Notes: a model not told the origin generated them from the sequence alone. A stretch of DNA of 40,006 nucleotides from Thermomicrobiales bacterium (GCA_038230615.1 JBBRMX010000003.1:1-40006); one strand, 5' to 3'; counted from the first letter of the stretch, positions 27,800-37,361 are shown. A program made the numbers and translations.

Positions 27800-29686
27800 A
27801 TGCCCGACGCTGATACTTCCGACAACCAATCGCTCATCTCCCCTCCCGCCGGAGCGCAGACGAGCGACGATGCCGATGTAGCGGTCGCCCGTCTGCGGGT
27901 CGTGCTCGATGTGCTCCCCGTCGCTATCGCCATCGCGGGCGTGGACGGCACCGTCACGCAGATCAATGCCGCCTTCCGCGCACTCTGGGGGGAAGATGCC
28001 CCATTGCCGGAAAGCGTGGCAGGATATCGCGCCTATCGCGGGTGGTGGGAGGAGACTGGCAAACCCCTCGCCCCCGAAGAATGGACGATGGCGCGGGTGC
28101 TGATGCGGGGCGAAACCGTTATCGGCGATAAAGTGCTGATCGAGAGTTTCGACGGGCAGTACAAACACGCCGTCAACAATGGCGCACCGATCCGCGACGC
28201 ACAGGGCGCGATCATCGGCGGGGTCATTGCGATGTACGATGTCACCGACCGTGTCCGTGCCGAAGAAACGGTAGAGGCGAGCGAGCGGCGATTCCGCTCC
28301 CTCATCGAACACAGCGCGGATGTGATCGTGCTCGTCAACCCGGACGGTTCGATGACCTACGCGAGCGAATCGGTCTCGCGTGTGCTTGGGTACAGTGCCG
28401 CAGAATACATCGCACAAAACGGGTTCTCCTACGTTCACCCGGACGATAAAGAAACGGCGGGACAGTTGTTTGCAACGGTTCTCGCCTCGCCCGGTTCGCC
28501 CGTGACGGCGGAGATTCGCATCCGGCATCAAGATGGGTCGTGGCGATGGGCGGAGGTAACCGGGACCAATCTGCTCGATGTTCCCGGTATCGAGGCAATT
28601 GTCGGCAATTTTCGCGACACTACTGCGCGACGGGCGGCAGAACAGCGTTACCGCAACCTGTTCGAGGAAACCGCAGACGCGATCCTCATCACCGACGAGC
28701 GCGGACAGTACATTGACGCGAATCCTGCGACAGTCGCGCTCGTCGGCTACAGCGTAGACGAGTTGCGTCAGTTGCGCGTGGGCGATCTCACCGCCAACCG
28801 TCACACACCCTTCGCGCTGCGAGCGCACTCCCTTCCTTCCGGCGCGTGGCGGGGCGAGTTGGAATTGCGCCGCAAAGACGGGACCGTCGTTCCTGTCGAA
28901 GGATGGATCACCACCGTTGATTCTCCGACCGGCACCCTGCACATCGGCACATGGCGCGATATTTCCGAGCGGCGCGAACAGGAACGTCAGCAGCAGGAAT
29001 TCATCGCCATGATGACGCACGAACTTCGAAACCCGCTCACCTCGCTCAAGGGCTATGCCCAGTTGATGCGTCGTCGCGGGCAATATAGCGCGAGCGCAAT
29101 GGACGCCATTGTGCAGCAAGTGGACCGAATGGAACGCCTCACGCGAGACCTACGCGATGTCGCGCATTTCACCGACCGGGATATTCCCCTTCAGTACGGC
29201 ACGGTAGACCCTCGTGACATCGCCGTTGCCGCCGTGGAGCAAGCACAAGCGACGACAACTACCCACGCCCTGCGTCTGGATGCGCCCGCACATCTCCCAC
29301 CCGCATGGTGGGACGGCGACCGCATCGCGCAGGTACTAGCAAACTTGCTCTCCAACGCGATCAAATATTCGCCTGCGGGCGGAGAGATCGTCGTGCAGGC
29401 GGAGGATCGGGGCGATACAGTGCGGTTTGCAGTCACGGATCACGGCATCGGCATTCCTGCCGCAGGGATGGAGCAGCTGTTCAGGCGGTTTTATCGCGCC
29501 GAGAATGCGCGGGAGAGCAGTCAGTGGGGAATGGGTGTCGGGCTGCACATCAGCAGGGCACTTGTAGAAGCACACGGTGGCGAGATTTCGGTAGAATCCG
29601 TGCAGGGTGTAGGAAGCACCTTCATCGTCACGCTTCCCTACGCACTCCCCGCCGAAGAGCAGACGGACGAACACCTGCCGCAATAA
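27800..29686 (+). CDS. Cytoplasmic multi-PAS sensor histidine kinase
   Basis: Three PAS-like domains, H-box THELRNPLT, N-box NLLSNAIKYS, G1 DHGIGI, FRRFYR, G2 GMGVGL; no TM helix. Confidence 0.93.
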   Translation: MPDADTSDNQSLISPPAGAQTSDDADVAVARLRVVLDVLPVAIAIAGVDGTVTQINAAFRALWGEDAPLPESVAGYRAYRGWWEETGKPLAPEEWTMARVLMRGETVIGDKVLIESFDGQYKHAVNNGAPIRDAQGAIIGGVIAMYDVTDRVRAEETVEASERRFRSLIEHSADVIVLVNPDGSMTYASESVSRVLGYSAAEYIAQNGFSYVHPDDKETAGQLFATVLASPGSPVTAEIRIRHQDGSWRWAEVTGTNLLDVPGIEAIVGNFRDTTARRAAEQRYRNLFEETADAILITDERGQYIDANPATVALVGYSVDELRQLRVGDLTANRHTPFALRAHSLPSGAWRGELELRRKDGTVVPVEGWITTVDSPTGTLHIGTWRDISERREQERQQQEFIAMMTHELRNPLTSLKGYAQLMRRRGQYSASAMDAIVQQVDRMERLTRDLRDVAHFTDRDIPLQYGTVDPRDIAVAAVEQAQATTTTHALRLDAPAHLPPAWWDGDRIAQVLANLLSNAIKYSPAGGEIVVQAEDRGDTVRFAVTDHGIGIPAAGMEQLFRRFYRAENARESSQWGMGVGLHISRALVEAHGGEISVESVQGVGSTFIVTLPYALPAEEQTDEHLPQ

Positions 29687-29775
29687 CGGAATAGATCGGT
29701 GCGCCGCTGTGGTATTGTTCACGCGCACTGCGCGGACGGGCGCAGCGAGCCGGGTGCGAAGGAGAAAGAGGGCGG

Positions 29776-30339
29776 ATGGAAAGCCGGATTATCGAGACGA
29801 ACTTACCGGGTGTCGTCATCATCGAGACCGATTTTTTCCGTGACGAGCGCGGCTTGTTTATCGAGAGTTATCACCGTGAGCGGTTTGCCGCGCACGGCAT
29901 CCCCGCCGAATTCGTACAGGACAATCACTCGCGCTCGGCGCAGGGCGTCTTGCGCGGGTTGCATTATCAGGATGATCGCCAGCCGCAGGGGAAATTGCTG
30001 CGTTGCATCCGGGGTGTGGTGTGGGATGTGGCGGTAGATATCCGGCTCGGTTCCCCTACCTTCGGGCAGTGGGCGGGCGTCGAGTTGTCCGAAGACAACA
30101 TGCGCCAGTTCTGGGTGCCGGAGGGCTTCGCGCACGGCTTCACCGCCCTCTCGGCATCTGCCGACCTCTTCTACAAATGCACGAGCTACTACAACCCCGC
30201 CGTCGAGGGTGCGATTGCGTGGAATGACCCCGATCTTGCGATCGCGTGGCCCGTGACGAATCCAACGCTCTCCGGGCGCGACCAGCAGGCGATGAGCCTC
30301 GCGGAGTACCGCGCCGACCCCGCCTTCCGGTACCCATAA
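29776..30339 (+). CDS. rfbC: dTDP-4-dehydrorhamnose 3,5-epimerase
   Basis: DERG.F.E, QDNHSRS..GVLRGLHYQ, DVAVDIR..SPTFG and GFAHGF motifs. Confidence 0.96.
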   Translation: MESRIIETNLPGVVIIETDFFRDERGLFIESYHRERFAAHGIPAEFVQDNHSRSAQGVLRGLHYQDDRQPQGKLLRCIRGVVWDVAVDIRLGSPTFGQWAGVELSEDNMRQFWVPEGFAHGFTALSASADLFYKCTSYYNPAVEGAIAWNDPDLAIAWPVTNPTLSGRDQQAMSLAEYRADPAFRYP

Positions 30340-30836
30340 TGCCGCCCGCGCCTACCCCCCATGCAGTCATCATCCGCGCCGCCACGCCGGACGACACGCC
30401 CGCACTCGCCTTGTTGCGCTACCGTTTTCGTGCGGGGCGTGAGATGGCGAATGAGCCGGAAGCCGATTTCGTCCGGCGAGCGGGGGCATGGATGCACACG
30501 CGGCTGGCGCAGACGAACTGGCGGGCGTGGGTGGCATGTGACGGCGGCGCGGGCGGGGAGATCATCGGGCATCTCTGGGCGCAGGTAATCGAGAAAATCC
30601 CCAATCCCGTGCCGGAACCGGAGCAGATTATTTATCTCACGAATGCGTATGTGCTACCGGAGTGGCGTAATGCGGGCATCGGCGGGCGGCTGATGGCGGC
30701 AGCACTCGCGGAGTTCAATACGCCCGATGTTTACAGCGTCATCCTCTGGGCGTCGGGCGAGAGCGAACGGCTCTACCGCCGTCACGGTTTCAACACGCCC
30801 CGCCGCATTCTGGAACGCCCCGCGCCGTCACTGTAA
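30339..30836 (+). CDS. GNAT N-acetyltransferase
   Basis: IRAAT.DD, YVLPEWRNAGIG and LYRRHGF motifs; TAATG overlap with rfbC. Confidence 0.85.
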   Translation: MPPAPTPHAVIIRAATPDDTPALALLRYRFRAGREMANEPEADFVRRAGAWMHTRLAQTNWRAWVACDGGAGGEIIGHLWAQVIEKIPNPVPEPEQIIYLTNAYVLPEWRNAGIGGRLMAAALAEFNTPDVYSVILWASGESERLYRRHGFNTPRRILERPAPSL

Positions 30837-31238
30837 CCGCCAGTCTATCCCGACGACGAGCGGCACGAGCAGCAACAAGCCCGCGAGATGGCTGATGAGG
30901 ACATCGGGCGTTCGGTACTGCGTTGCCGCCGGGATGAGCGAGACAAGCAGCACTGCGACACCGCAACCGCCTACCGCCCGCACCGCACCGACCGCGAACG
31001 GCGCAACAACCCGCCGTGCCTGCGCGGGCAACAACGCCGCAACCACGAACGGCACTGCCAGCACACTCAATGCAAACCCCGCCAATGGGAAGAAAATGTA
31101 CGCATTGTCGCTCCCATTCCGCACGAGCACGATCATGAAAAGCACGGCGACCGCGAGGATAAGCGCGGCACGCAGCACCAACGCAATGCGCGATGGGGCA
31201 GGATACATCTGTTCCTCCGCACCGCGCTGCTGCACCAT
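30828..31238 (-). CDS. Hypothetical membrane protein (about 4 TM helices)
   Basis: Hydrophobic ORF directly downstream of tsaD. Confidence 0.6.
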   Translation of the reverse strand: MVQQRGAEEQMYPAPSRIALVLRAALILAVAVLFMIVLVRNGSDNAYIFFPLAGFALSVLAVPFVVAALLPAQARRVVAPFAVGAVRAVGGCGVAVLLVSLIPAATQYRTPDVLISHLAGLLLLVPLVVGIDWRLQ

Positions 31239-31252
31239 GCAACCTGCCCCGA

Positions 31253-32332
31253 TCAGACCAGCCGCAACGACGGGTAGACATCCAGCCCGACGCCCGCAAA
31301 CTCACCTGCCCGCATCCGGTAGAATGCTGCCGCGCCGATCATCGCGGCATTATCGGTGCAGTAGACTGGCGGCGGGCAAAAGAGCGGCACATCTACCGCC
31401 GTCGCGAGCGATTCGCGCAGCCGCATGTTCGCTGCGACCCCACCCGCAAGCAACACCGACACCGCACGATGCTCCCGCACCGCCTGTGCGACGGGCGCGA
31501 CGAGCATTCGCACAATCGCATCTTCGTACGCCGCCGCGAGGTCATGCACCGGGGCGTCGTCGCGCAGATGGGCGGGGCGATGGAGCACGAACGATCCGCC
31601 GTCCGGTCCGGTCGTCGCGGCGTCGGTCTGGGGAAGGCGGTACGGCTGTACGGCTCGGAGCATCGCCGTCTTGATGCCGCTGAATGAGAAATCGAGGGCG
31701 TTTTCGGTGCGCGACCGCACGAACGGATAGCGCGTGGGGTCGCCGTCCTGCGCGGCGCGGCTGATTGCGGGGCCGCCGGGGTAGCCGAGACCGAGCAACC
31801 GCGCCCCCTTGTCGAATGCTTCGCCCGCCGCATCATCGAGGGTGCCACCGAGCAGCCGGTATGTGCCATGCCCCGTCATCAGCACAAGCGAGGTATGCCC
31901 GCCGGACACGATCAGCCCCACGGCGGGGAATTGCGGCTCCGGTGCGTCGCTCGCGCCCTGCGGCAGCAACCAGTTCGCATATAGATGCCCTTCGAGATGG
32001 TTGACGCCGATGAGGGGCAAGGCGCGGGCGCACGCGAGGCTTTTCGCCACATTCACCCCCACCAAAAGCGACCCCGCCAGCCCCGGCCCCATCGTGACGG
32101 CGATAGCGTCCACATCATCGAGCGTGCGGTTGTCGGCGTCGAGAGCCGCACGGACGACCGGCACGATCTCCGTGATATGGCGGCGCGAGGCGAGTTCCGG
32201 CACGACGCCACCGTACCGGGCGTGGAGATCATTCTGTGAGGCGATGATGCTGGCACGCACACGCCGCCCATCGGTGATGATCGCGGCGGCGGTCTCGTCG
32301 CACGAGGATTCGATGGCGAGGATGTCTACCAT
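31253..32332 (-). CDS. tsaD: tRNA N6-adenosine threonylcarbamoyltransferase
   Basis: IESSCDET, GGVVPELASR.H, HLEGH, VSGGHT, DDAAGEAFDK and CTDNAAMI motifs. Confidence 0.97.
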   Translation of the reverse strand: MVDILAIESSCDETAAAIITDGRRVRASIIASQNDLHARYGGVVPELASRRHITEIVPVVRAALDADNRTLDDVDAIAVTMGPGLAGSLLVGVNVAKSLACARALPLIGVNHLEGHLYANWLLPQGASDAPEPQFPAVGLIVSGGHTSLVLMTGHGTYRLLGGTLDDAAGEAFDKGARLLGLGYPGGPAISRAAQDGDPTRYPFVRSRTENALDFSFSGIKTAMLRAVQPYRLPQTDAATTGPDGGSFVLHRPAHLRDDAPVHDLAAAYEDAIVRMLVAPVAQAVREHRAVSVLLAGGVAANMRLRESLATAVDVPLFCPPPVYCTDNAAMIGAAAFYRMRAGEFAGVGLDVYPSLRLV

Positions 32333-32339
32333 GCTGCCG

Positions 32340-33014
32340 TCAGCCTGTCTGATACGAGCGGGGGTCCGCCGTACCCGCCAGCGAATGGTGATAATACGCC
32401 ACCCGCGCATGGTTCGCGGCGCGGAGGGCGGCGTACTGTTCACGGTACTGGGCGGTGTTGACGGTCGGGGAACTCATCACGTAGGCATCTTCACCGTCGT
32501 CGCTGTAATAGCGGCGGCGTGTCGCTTGTACCGAGAAACCGTACTTCGCGTAGAGGCTCTGGGCACGGGTGTTCGAGACGCGCACTTCCAACGTCACCCA
32601 TGTGACATTGCGGCGCAATGCCTCGTCAATCAGCGTGGTGAAGATGTACTCGCCGATGCCCCGACCCCGATGCGACGGCGCAACGCCGATAATCGTTACA
32701 TGCGCCTCGTCTACCAGTGTCCACATCCCCGCAAACCCGACAATCGCCGCACGCGGCTGTGGCGCGATCTGCTCTTGCGGGCGGCGAAAGAGCGGAAACA
32801 GCCCGCGTTCGGCGCGGTTTTCTCGTGCCTGCTGTTGAATAATGGCAAGGTCTTCCGGCGACCGCCACCGGCAGACGACATAATGATTGTTCTGCGGGTT
32901 CGTCAACTCGCGGCGGTACGCGCTGAGCGGCCACGGTGTGGGGACAGATTGCATCTCCACATGATGCACCTCAGTGAGGTCATCGAGCGTCATCGGATCA
33001 ATGACATACGGCAC
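32340..33014 (-). CDS. rimI: Ribosomal protein S18-alanine N-acetyltransferase (with internal insertion)
   Basis: PW, DEAHVT, LEVRVSN..AQ.LY.KYGF and YYSD.GEDA motifs; position in the tsa operon. Confidence 0.9.
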   Translation of the reverse strand: MPYVIDPMTLDDLTEVHHVEMQSVPTPWPLSAYRRELTNPQNNHYVVCRWRSPEDLAIIQQQARENRAERGLFPLFRRPQEQIAPQPRAAIVGFAGMWTLVDEAHVTIIGVAPSHRGRGIGEYIFTTLIDEALRRNVTWVTLEVRVSNTRAQSLYAKYGFSVQATRRRYYSDDGEDAYVMSSPTVNTAQYREQYAALRAANHARVAYYHHSLAGTADPRSYQTG

Positions 33015-33020
33015 GGCCGC

Positions 33021-33728
33021 TCATCCTTTCCCCTGTGTGTGGAGGTAGACCGGCTCCAGCCCCACCAGATCATCGGCGTCTCCATGTAGTATGCGCCGCC
33101 ATGCAAGGTCTGCCAACGCCCCCGGTCTGCGACCCCACAATCCGGGAGGCGGCACGACCGCATGCGGTGCGGCGGCGCGGATGCCATCAACCGCGCCGGC
33201 AAGATCGCCGCACAGCACCACATCGGTGTAGGCTTTCAGCGCGGCACCAATCTCCGCCGGCGTGCCGTGCTTCACGGGTTGCAACACCGCGAACGGGGCA
33301 TTTTGTTCCGCGTCCCTCCCGGCGGGCGCGTAGATGGCATATGCCCAGCGGTTGCGTCCTGCCGCCACCATCGCGCAGATCGCGTGCGGGCAGAGGCGGA
33401 ACGGCGCAGCGGTCGCATCCAGCGTCGGGATGCCCGCAATCGGGATGCCGAGACCCAACGCCAGCCCTTTGGCGATGCCCATGCCGACACGCAAGCCGCT
33501 GAATGACCCCGGCCCCGTCGCCACCGCAACCGCCGCGAGCGCGTCCTGCGTCAGACCGAGCATTTCGAGGGCGCGGACGACCTCTGCCAAGAGCGTCGCA
33601 GTTCCTTGCCGTTGCCCCTGCCACATCGCCTCGGCGCGGACTTGTTCGCCGTCGTACAAGGCGTAGCCGATAGAATACGACGATGTGTCGAGCGCAAGCA
33701 GCAGTCCGGCGTGCGTTTCGTCGCGCAT
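33021..33728 (-). CDS. tsaB: t6A synthesis protein TsaB
   Basis: LLALDTS, GPGSFSGLRVG and LEPVYL motifs. Confidence 0.93.
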   Translation of the reverse strand: MRDETHAGLLLALDTSSYSIGYALYDGEQVRAEAMWQGQRQGTATLLAEVVRALEMLGLTQDALAAVAVATGPGSFSGLRVGMGIAKGLALGLGIPIAGIPTLDATAAPFRLCPHAICAMVAAGRNRWAYAIYAPAGRDAEQNAPFAVLQPVKHGTPAEIGAALKAYTDVVLCGDLAGAVDGIRAAAPHAVVPPPGLWGRRPGALADLAWRRILHGDADDLVGLEPVYLHTQGKG

Positions 33729-34249
33729 CACGCCGCCCCGCCGAGCGCGACAAGCAACCGCGCCGCGCCGCCATGCACGACCGCGAGGAGTTGCCGTTCC
33801 TCTTCGCCCGCATCGGTCAGTGTGATTTCGAGATACGACGGCGGCACGAAACCACCTGCCATCGCCCGCTCCGGCCACTCGACCACCGCCGCCCACTCGC
33901 CGCCGAAGTAATCGTCTAGTCCTAGCGAGTTCACATCGCCGCCCTCGCCGAGGCGGTAGAGGTCAATATGCACGAGCGATACGCGCTCCCCCGCGCCATT
34001 CATGCCCGCGTATTCGTTGGCGAGCGTGAAAGTCGGGGAAGGGATCGGGCCACGGATGCCAAGTCCCGCCGCTACACCGCGTGCAAAATGCGATTTCCCC
34101 GCGCCGAGATCGCCCCGTATCAGCACGACATCGCCTGCTCGCAGCACGCGCCCGACTGCCCCGCCGAGCGCGACGGTTTCCGCAGGGGCGAGCGTCCGCA
34201 AGGCGACGGTTGCGGCGTTGGGATGGGATGCGGCGGCAGTTCGTTCCAT
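33728..34249 (-). CDS. tsaE: t6A synthesis ATPase TsaE
   Basis: GDLGAGKS, SPTFTL, HIDLYRL and VEW motifs. Confidence 0.95.
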   Translation of the reverse strand: MERTAAASHPNAATVALRTLAPAETVALGGAVGRVLRAGDVVLIRGDLGAGKSHFARGVAAGLGIRGPIPSPTFTLANEYAGMNGAGERVSLVHIDLYRLGEGGDVNSLGLDDYFGGEWAAVVEWPERAMAGGFVPPSYLEITLTDAGEEERQLLAVVHGGAARLLVALGGAA

Positions 34250-34310
34250 AGAAGGGATGATACCATGTATACGGTATACCAACGACCGACGCCGCACGAA
34301 CGGGGTTATT

Positions 34311-35657
34311 GTGGACGCATCACCCGATCTCGACGCACTCTGGCACCGGCTGCTACCGGAACAACAGGACGTGCTGCGCCAAATCACGACATACACCGCG
34401 CAGCACGGCGGCGCTGCCTACCTTGTCGGCGGTCCCGTCCGCGATTTGTTGCTAGGCGCGGTGAAGATCAACGACATTGATGTGATGACCACGGTGGATG
34501 CCCGCACGGTAGCAAAGATGTTCCCGAAGACGGCATTCAAGCAGGAGACCGTTTTCGGCACCGCAACGATTCTCATAGATGTGGATACCACTGCACGCGC
34601 ACGCGGGTCTGTTGATCTTGCAACCGCACGCACCGAGACCTACGCGCACCCCGGCGCACTGCCCGTCGCATACTTCCCCGTCGCGGCGGAAGATGATCTG
34701 CGGCGGCGCGATTTCACGATCAATGCGATGGCACTGTCGCTCGTGCCGGACGGCTTCGGCGCATTGCTCGACCCGTATGGCGGGTTGCACGATCTGCAAA
34801 CCGGCATTGTGCGCGTCTTGCACGAACAGAGTTTTGCAGACGACCCGACGCGGCTTTTCCGAGCGATCCGGTACGCAACGCGCTATGGCTTCGCGCTCCC
34901 TTTAGAGACGGAACAACTGTTTGCGGACGCCATGAAAGCAAATGCGATACAAACGATCTCACTGAAGCGGCGGGCGCACGAAATCGAACTCGCACTGACG
35001 GAACCGAACCCTACGGAACCGAACCCTGTTGCATGTCTCGCTGCATTCGACGAACGTGGTTTGCTTTCCGCAGTCTCCCCTGTACTCACGTGGGATTACT
35101 GGATTGCGTCACGTATCGTTGCGTTGGTGGGTAGCGATGTCTCTTTGTTTGGTGACGTGATGTATGCGCTGTTCGTTTGCCGTCAGGACGAGACGGCAAT
35201 GTCACGGCTATTCGCAGACATACCGCTCTCCAACCCGCAGCACGATCGGATCAAAGCCCTCGTTGCGCTGTATCACGCACAGGCGGCAATCACGCCGGAG
35301 ACGCCGCTCTCCGCACTTGCGCCCTTGCTACAGCATGGGAAGGTAGCAGAACGTACGGTCTCCGCGTTCGTGGACGAACCTGCACGCTGGCGTATCGCGG
35401 ACTATTTTGCGCGAAAGAACGAACTGGGTATTCGCAAAGCATTGGGCGACTGGATCGGCGGGGCATACCTGCAAGCAATCGGTCTGGCACCGGGGAAAAT
35501 CTTCCGCGAGATTCTCGGCGCACTGGACGATGCACGGCTCAATGGGTTCGTGAATAGTGCGAAAGAAGAAAAACTTTGGGTACAGCAGTATCTCCGTGAG
35601 CATGGCATTTCCCCCGGCAGTGCGGGCGAAACGGTTGGTGTCAGCAATGGACTGTAG
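34311..35657 (+). CDS. cca: Class II tRNA nucleotidyltransferase (CCA- or A-adding)
   Basis: VGGPVRDLLLG, DIDV, RTETY.HPGALP, DLRRRDFTINAMA and DDPTRLFRAIRY motifs; start uncertain. Confidence 0.88.
   Translation: MDASPDLDALWHRLLPEQQDVLRQITTYTAQHGGAAYLVGGPVRDLLLGAVKINDIDVMTTVDARTVAKMFPKTAFKQETVFGTATILIDVDTTARARGSVDLATARTETYAHPGALPVAYFPVAAEDDLRRRDFTINAMALSLVPDGFGALLDPYGGLHDLQTGIVRVLHEQSFADDPTRLFRAIRYATRYGFALPLETEQLFADAMKANAIQTISLKRRAHEIELALTEPNPTEPNPVACLAAFDERGLLSAVSPVLTWDYWIASRIVALVGSDVSLFGDVMYALFVCRQDETAMSRLFADIPLSNPQHDRIKALVALYHAQAAITPETPLSALAPLLQHGKVAERTVSAFVDEPARWRIADYFARKNELGIRKALGDWIGGAYLQAIGLAPGKIFREILGALDDARLNGFVNSAKEEKLWVQQYLREHGISPGSAGETVGVSNGL
34998..35027 (+). repeat. Perfect 15-bp tandem duplication (TEPNP x2)
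   Basis: ACGGAACCGAACCCT twice, in frame. Confidence 0.9.
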
Positions 35658-35692
35658 GCGTACGTACACTACATAATAGTATACCAAAAGGG

Positions 35693-35721
35693 TTGACAGG
35701 GGGGGGTTGGCAGTGTACGTT
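35693..35721 (+). promoter_or_regulatory. Putative sigma70-type promoter with G8 tract in the spacer
   Basis: TTGACA-GGGGGGGGTTGGCAGTG(17)-TACGTT. Confidence 0.65.
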
Positions 35722-35932
35722 ACATACACGACCGGGGAGTCTTCTCATTTCTCTCTCACCCCGGACGGTAGACACGGGTTCTATGGATCGTTGTTCGGGG
35801 GTGTTCCAGTAGCCGGGGAAGCTACGGAGCCAACGACCTGTACTGCTCGTTTGTGCCGCCCACGGGGATGCACAGCAAGCACCAACGAAGTGCGTGCAAT
35901 AGGGATGCGCGGCTTCTCGGGGAGGGTACTCG

Positions 35933-37258
35933 GTGTCTCTACGGCTCTCGCGCCGCCGCTTTATCCAGCACGCATCGCTCACATCAGCGGCGATCTGTGC
36001 GTCCGCATTTCTGCCGCGCATCGCGCATGCAGTGATTTTTCCCGGCGGTCAGACCGCCGTTATCTCCAACACCGATGGCGACAGTGTGCGCCTGCGTACT
36101 GCTCCTTCCCGCAATGGCGATATCAAGGCCATGGTCGGCGAGGGCGCAGTTGTCCTTATTACCGACGGGCCGAAAGACGTGGACGGCATCACATGGTACC
36201 AAGTGCAATATTCGGGCCAAAGCGGTTGGATTGACGCCGATTTTATCGGCGCACGCAAACTGACCGATTATGCCGCCGTGACATTTACCGACGGACAAGG
36301 CGTACGCCTACGCGATAACACCGATACCGGCGCGAATGTCGTCGGGATGGTGCCGGAGGGGGCAATTGTCCTGATCGTCGAAGGTCCGAAACTGTCGAAA
36401 GACGGCACGCCGTGGTATCACGTCAATCACGCGGGCAAGCATGGCTACTTGATGGGTACGTATCTCGTCCCCTCGACTGCGGCACAAAACGCGGCTGTTC
36501 CCGCCGCCGCCGCGAAGACCGAAACGGTCACTGCCCCGAAAGCCCCGGATGTGGTCAAGGGCGACCGTGTAAAGATCGTCAATACGGACGGCGCGGGCGT
36601 GCGACTCCGGGATGACATCGGGTACACCTCGGATGTCATCGCCATCCTCGAAGAAGGCACCGTCGTTACCGCCGGTGGTCCCGCGAAGACCGATGTGAAG
36701 GGCAATGCGTGGATCGCGGTTTCGTATGACGGCACAGACGGCTATATTGTCGGTCCGTATCTCGCCAAGACCGATGATTCCGCAACGAAGCGCAAGGCTC
36801 TCGCCGCTCCCCTTCCCCCGATCACGAAACCGGGCGATGCCGCGCCCGCCCCGCTGCCCGACTCCGCGCCGAACCTTGCGACGCCGCTCGGCGGGCGCAT
36901 CGTGGCGGAAGCGATGAAATACGTTGGCTCCCCATACGTCTGGGCGGGCGCGTCGCCAAGCGGGTTCGATTGCTCCGGCTTCTTGATGTACGTCTCGCAG
37001 AAAGCGGCGGGCAAGAACCTGACGCACTCCATTGGCACACAGGCGAGTAGCGGGCAGTATGTCGCCAAAGATAACCTCCAACCGGGCGACCTCGTCTTCT
37101 TTGCCAACACCTACACGGCGGGGCTGTCGCACGCCGGCATCTACATCGGTGGTGGGCGATTCGTCCATGCCGAGAACGAAGGCACCGGCGTCGTCGTGAG
37201 CAGCATCAACAGCGCGTATTGGGGCAGCAAGTACTACACCGCCCGCCGCCTCTCGTAA
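35933..37258 (+). CDS. SH3b-repeat NlpC/P60 (C40) peptidoglycan endopeptidase with Tat-type signal
   Basis: SRRRFI signal; three TDG..VRLR...WY SH3b-like repeats; PYVWAG..PSGFDCSG, PGDLVFF and HAGIYIG..FVHA motifs. Confidence 0.93.
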   Translation: MSLRLSRRRFIQHASLTSAAICASAFLPRIAHAVIFPGGQTAVISNTDGDSVRLRTAPSRNGDIKAMVGEGAVVLITDGPKDVDGITWYQVQYSGQSGWIDADFIGARKLTDYAAVTFTDGQGVRLRDNTDTGANVVGMVPEGAIVLIVEGPKLSKDGTPWYHVNHAGKHGYLMGTYLVPSTAAQNAAVPAAAAKTETVTAPKAPDVVKGDRVKIVNTDGAGVRLRDDIGYTSDVIAILEEGTVVTAGGPAKTDVKGNAWIAVSYDGTDGYIVGPYLAKTDDSATKRKALAAPLPPITKPGDAAPAPLPDSAPNLATPLGGRIVAEAMKYVGSPYVWAGASPSGFDCSGFLMYVSQKAAGKNLTHSIGTQASSGQYVAKDNLQPGDLVFFANTYTAGLSHAGIYIGGGRFVHAENEGTGVVVSSINSAYWGSKYYTARRLS

Positions 37259-37272
37259 CTTTTCACACGAAG

Positions 37273-37305
37273 AACGCGGGCTGCCAATGTGTAGCCCGCG
37301 TTTTT
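37273..37305 (+). terminator. Rho-independent terminator
   Basis: AACGCGGGCTGC/GTAGCCCGCGTT stem then a T run. Confidence 0.8.
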
Positions 37306-37361
37306 GTTTCCCGTGGGTGTGGCACGCCCCATATGTTGTCGCGTATCGCGGGCGCGAACGA

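Noticed and set aside
31253-34249. tsaE-tsaB-rimI-tsaD cluster as novel
   Set aside because: Well-known arrangement; insertions in RimI and TsaD look like variable loops
35728-35932. c-di-AMP (ydaO) or c-di-GMP riboswitch call
   Set aside because: Hallmark sequences (GCTGAA, CAGCTAAC, GCAAA) were not found; kept only as an unassigned structured leader
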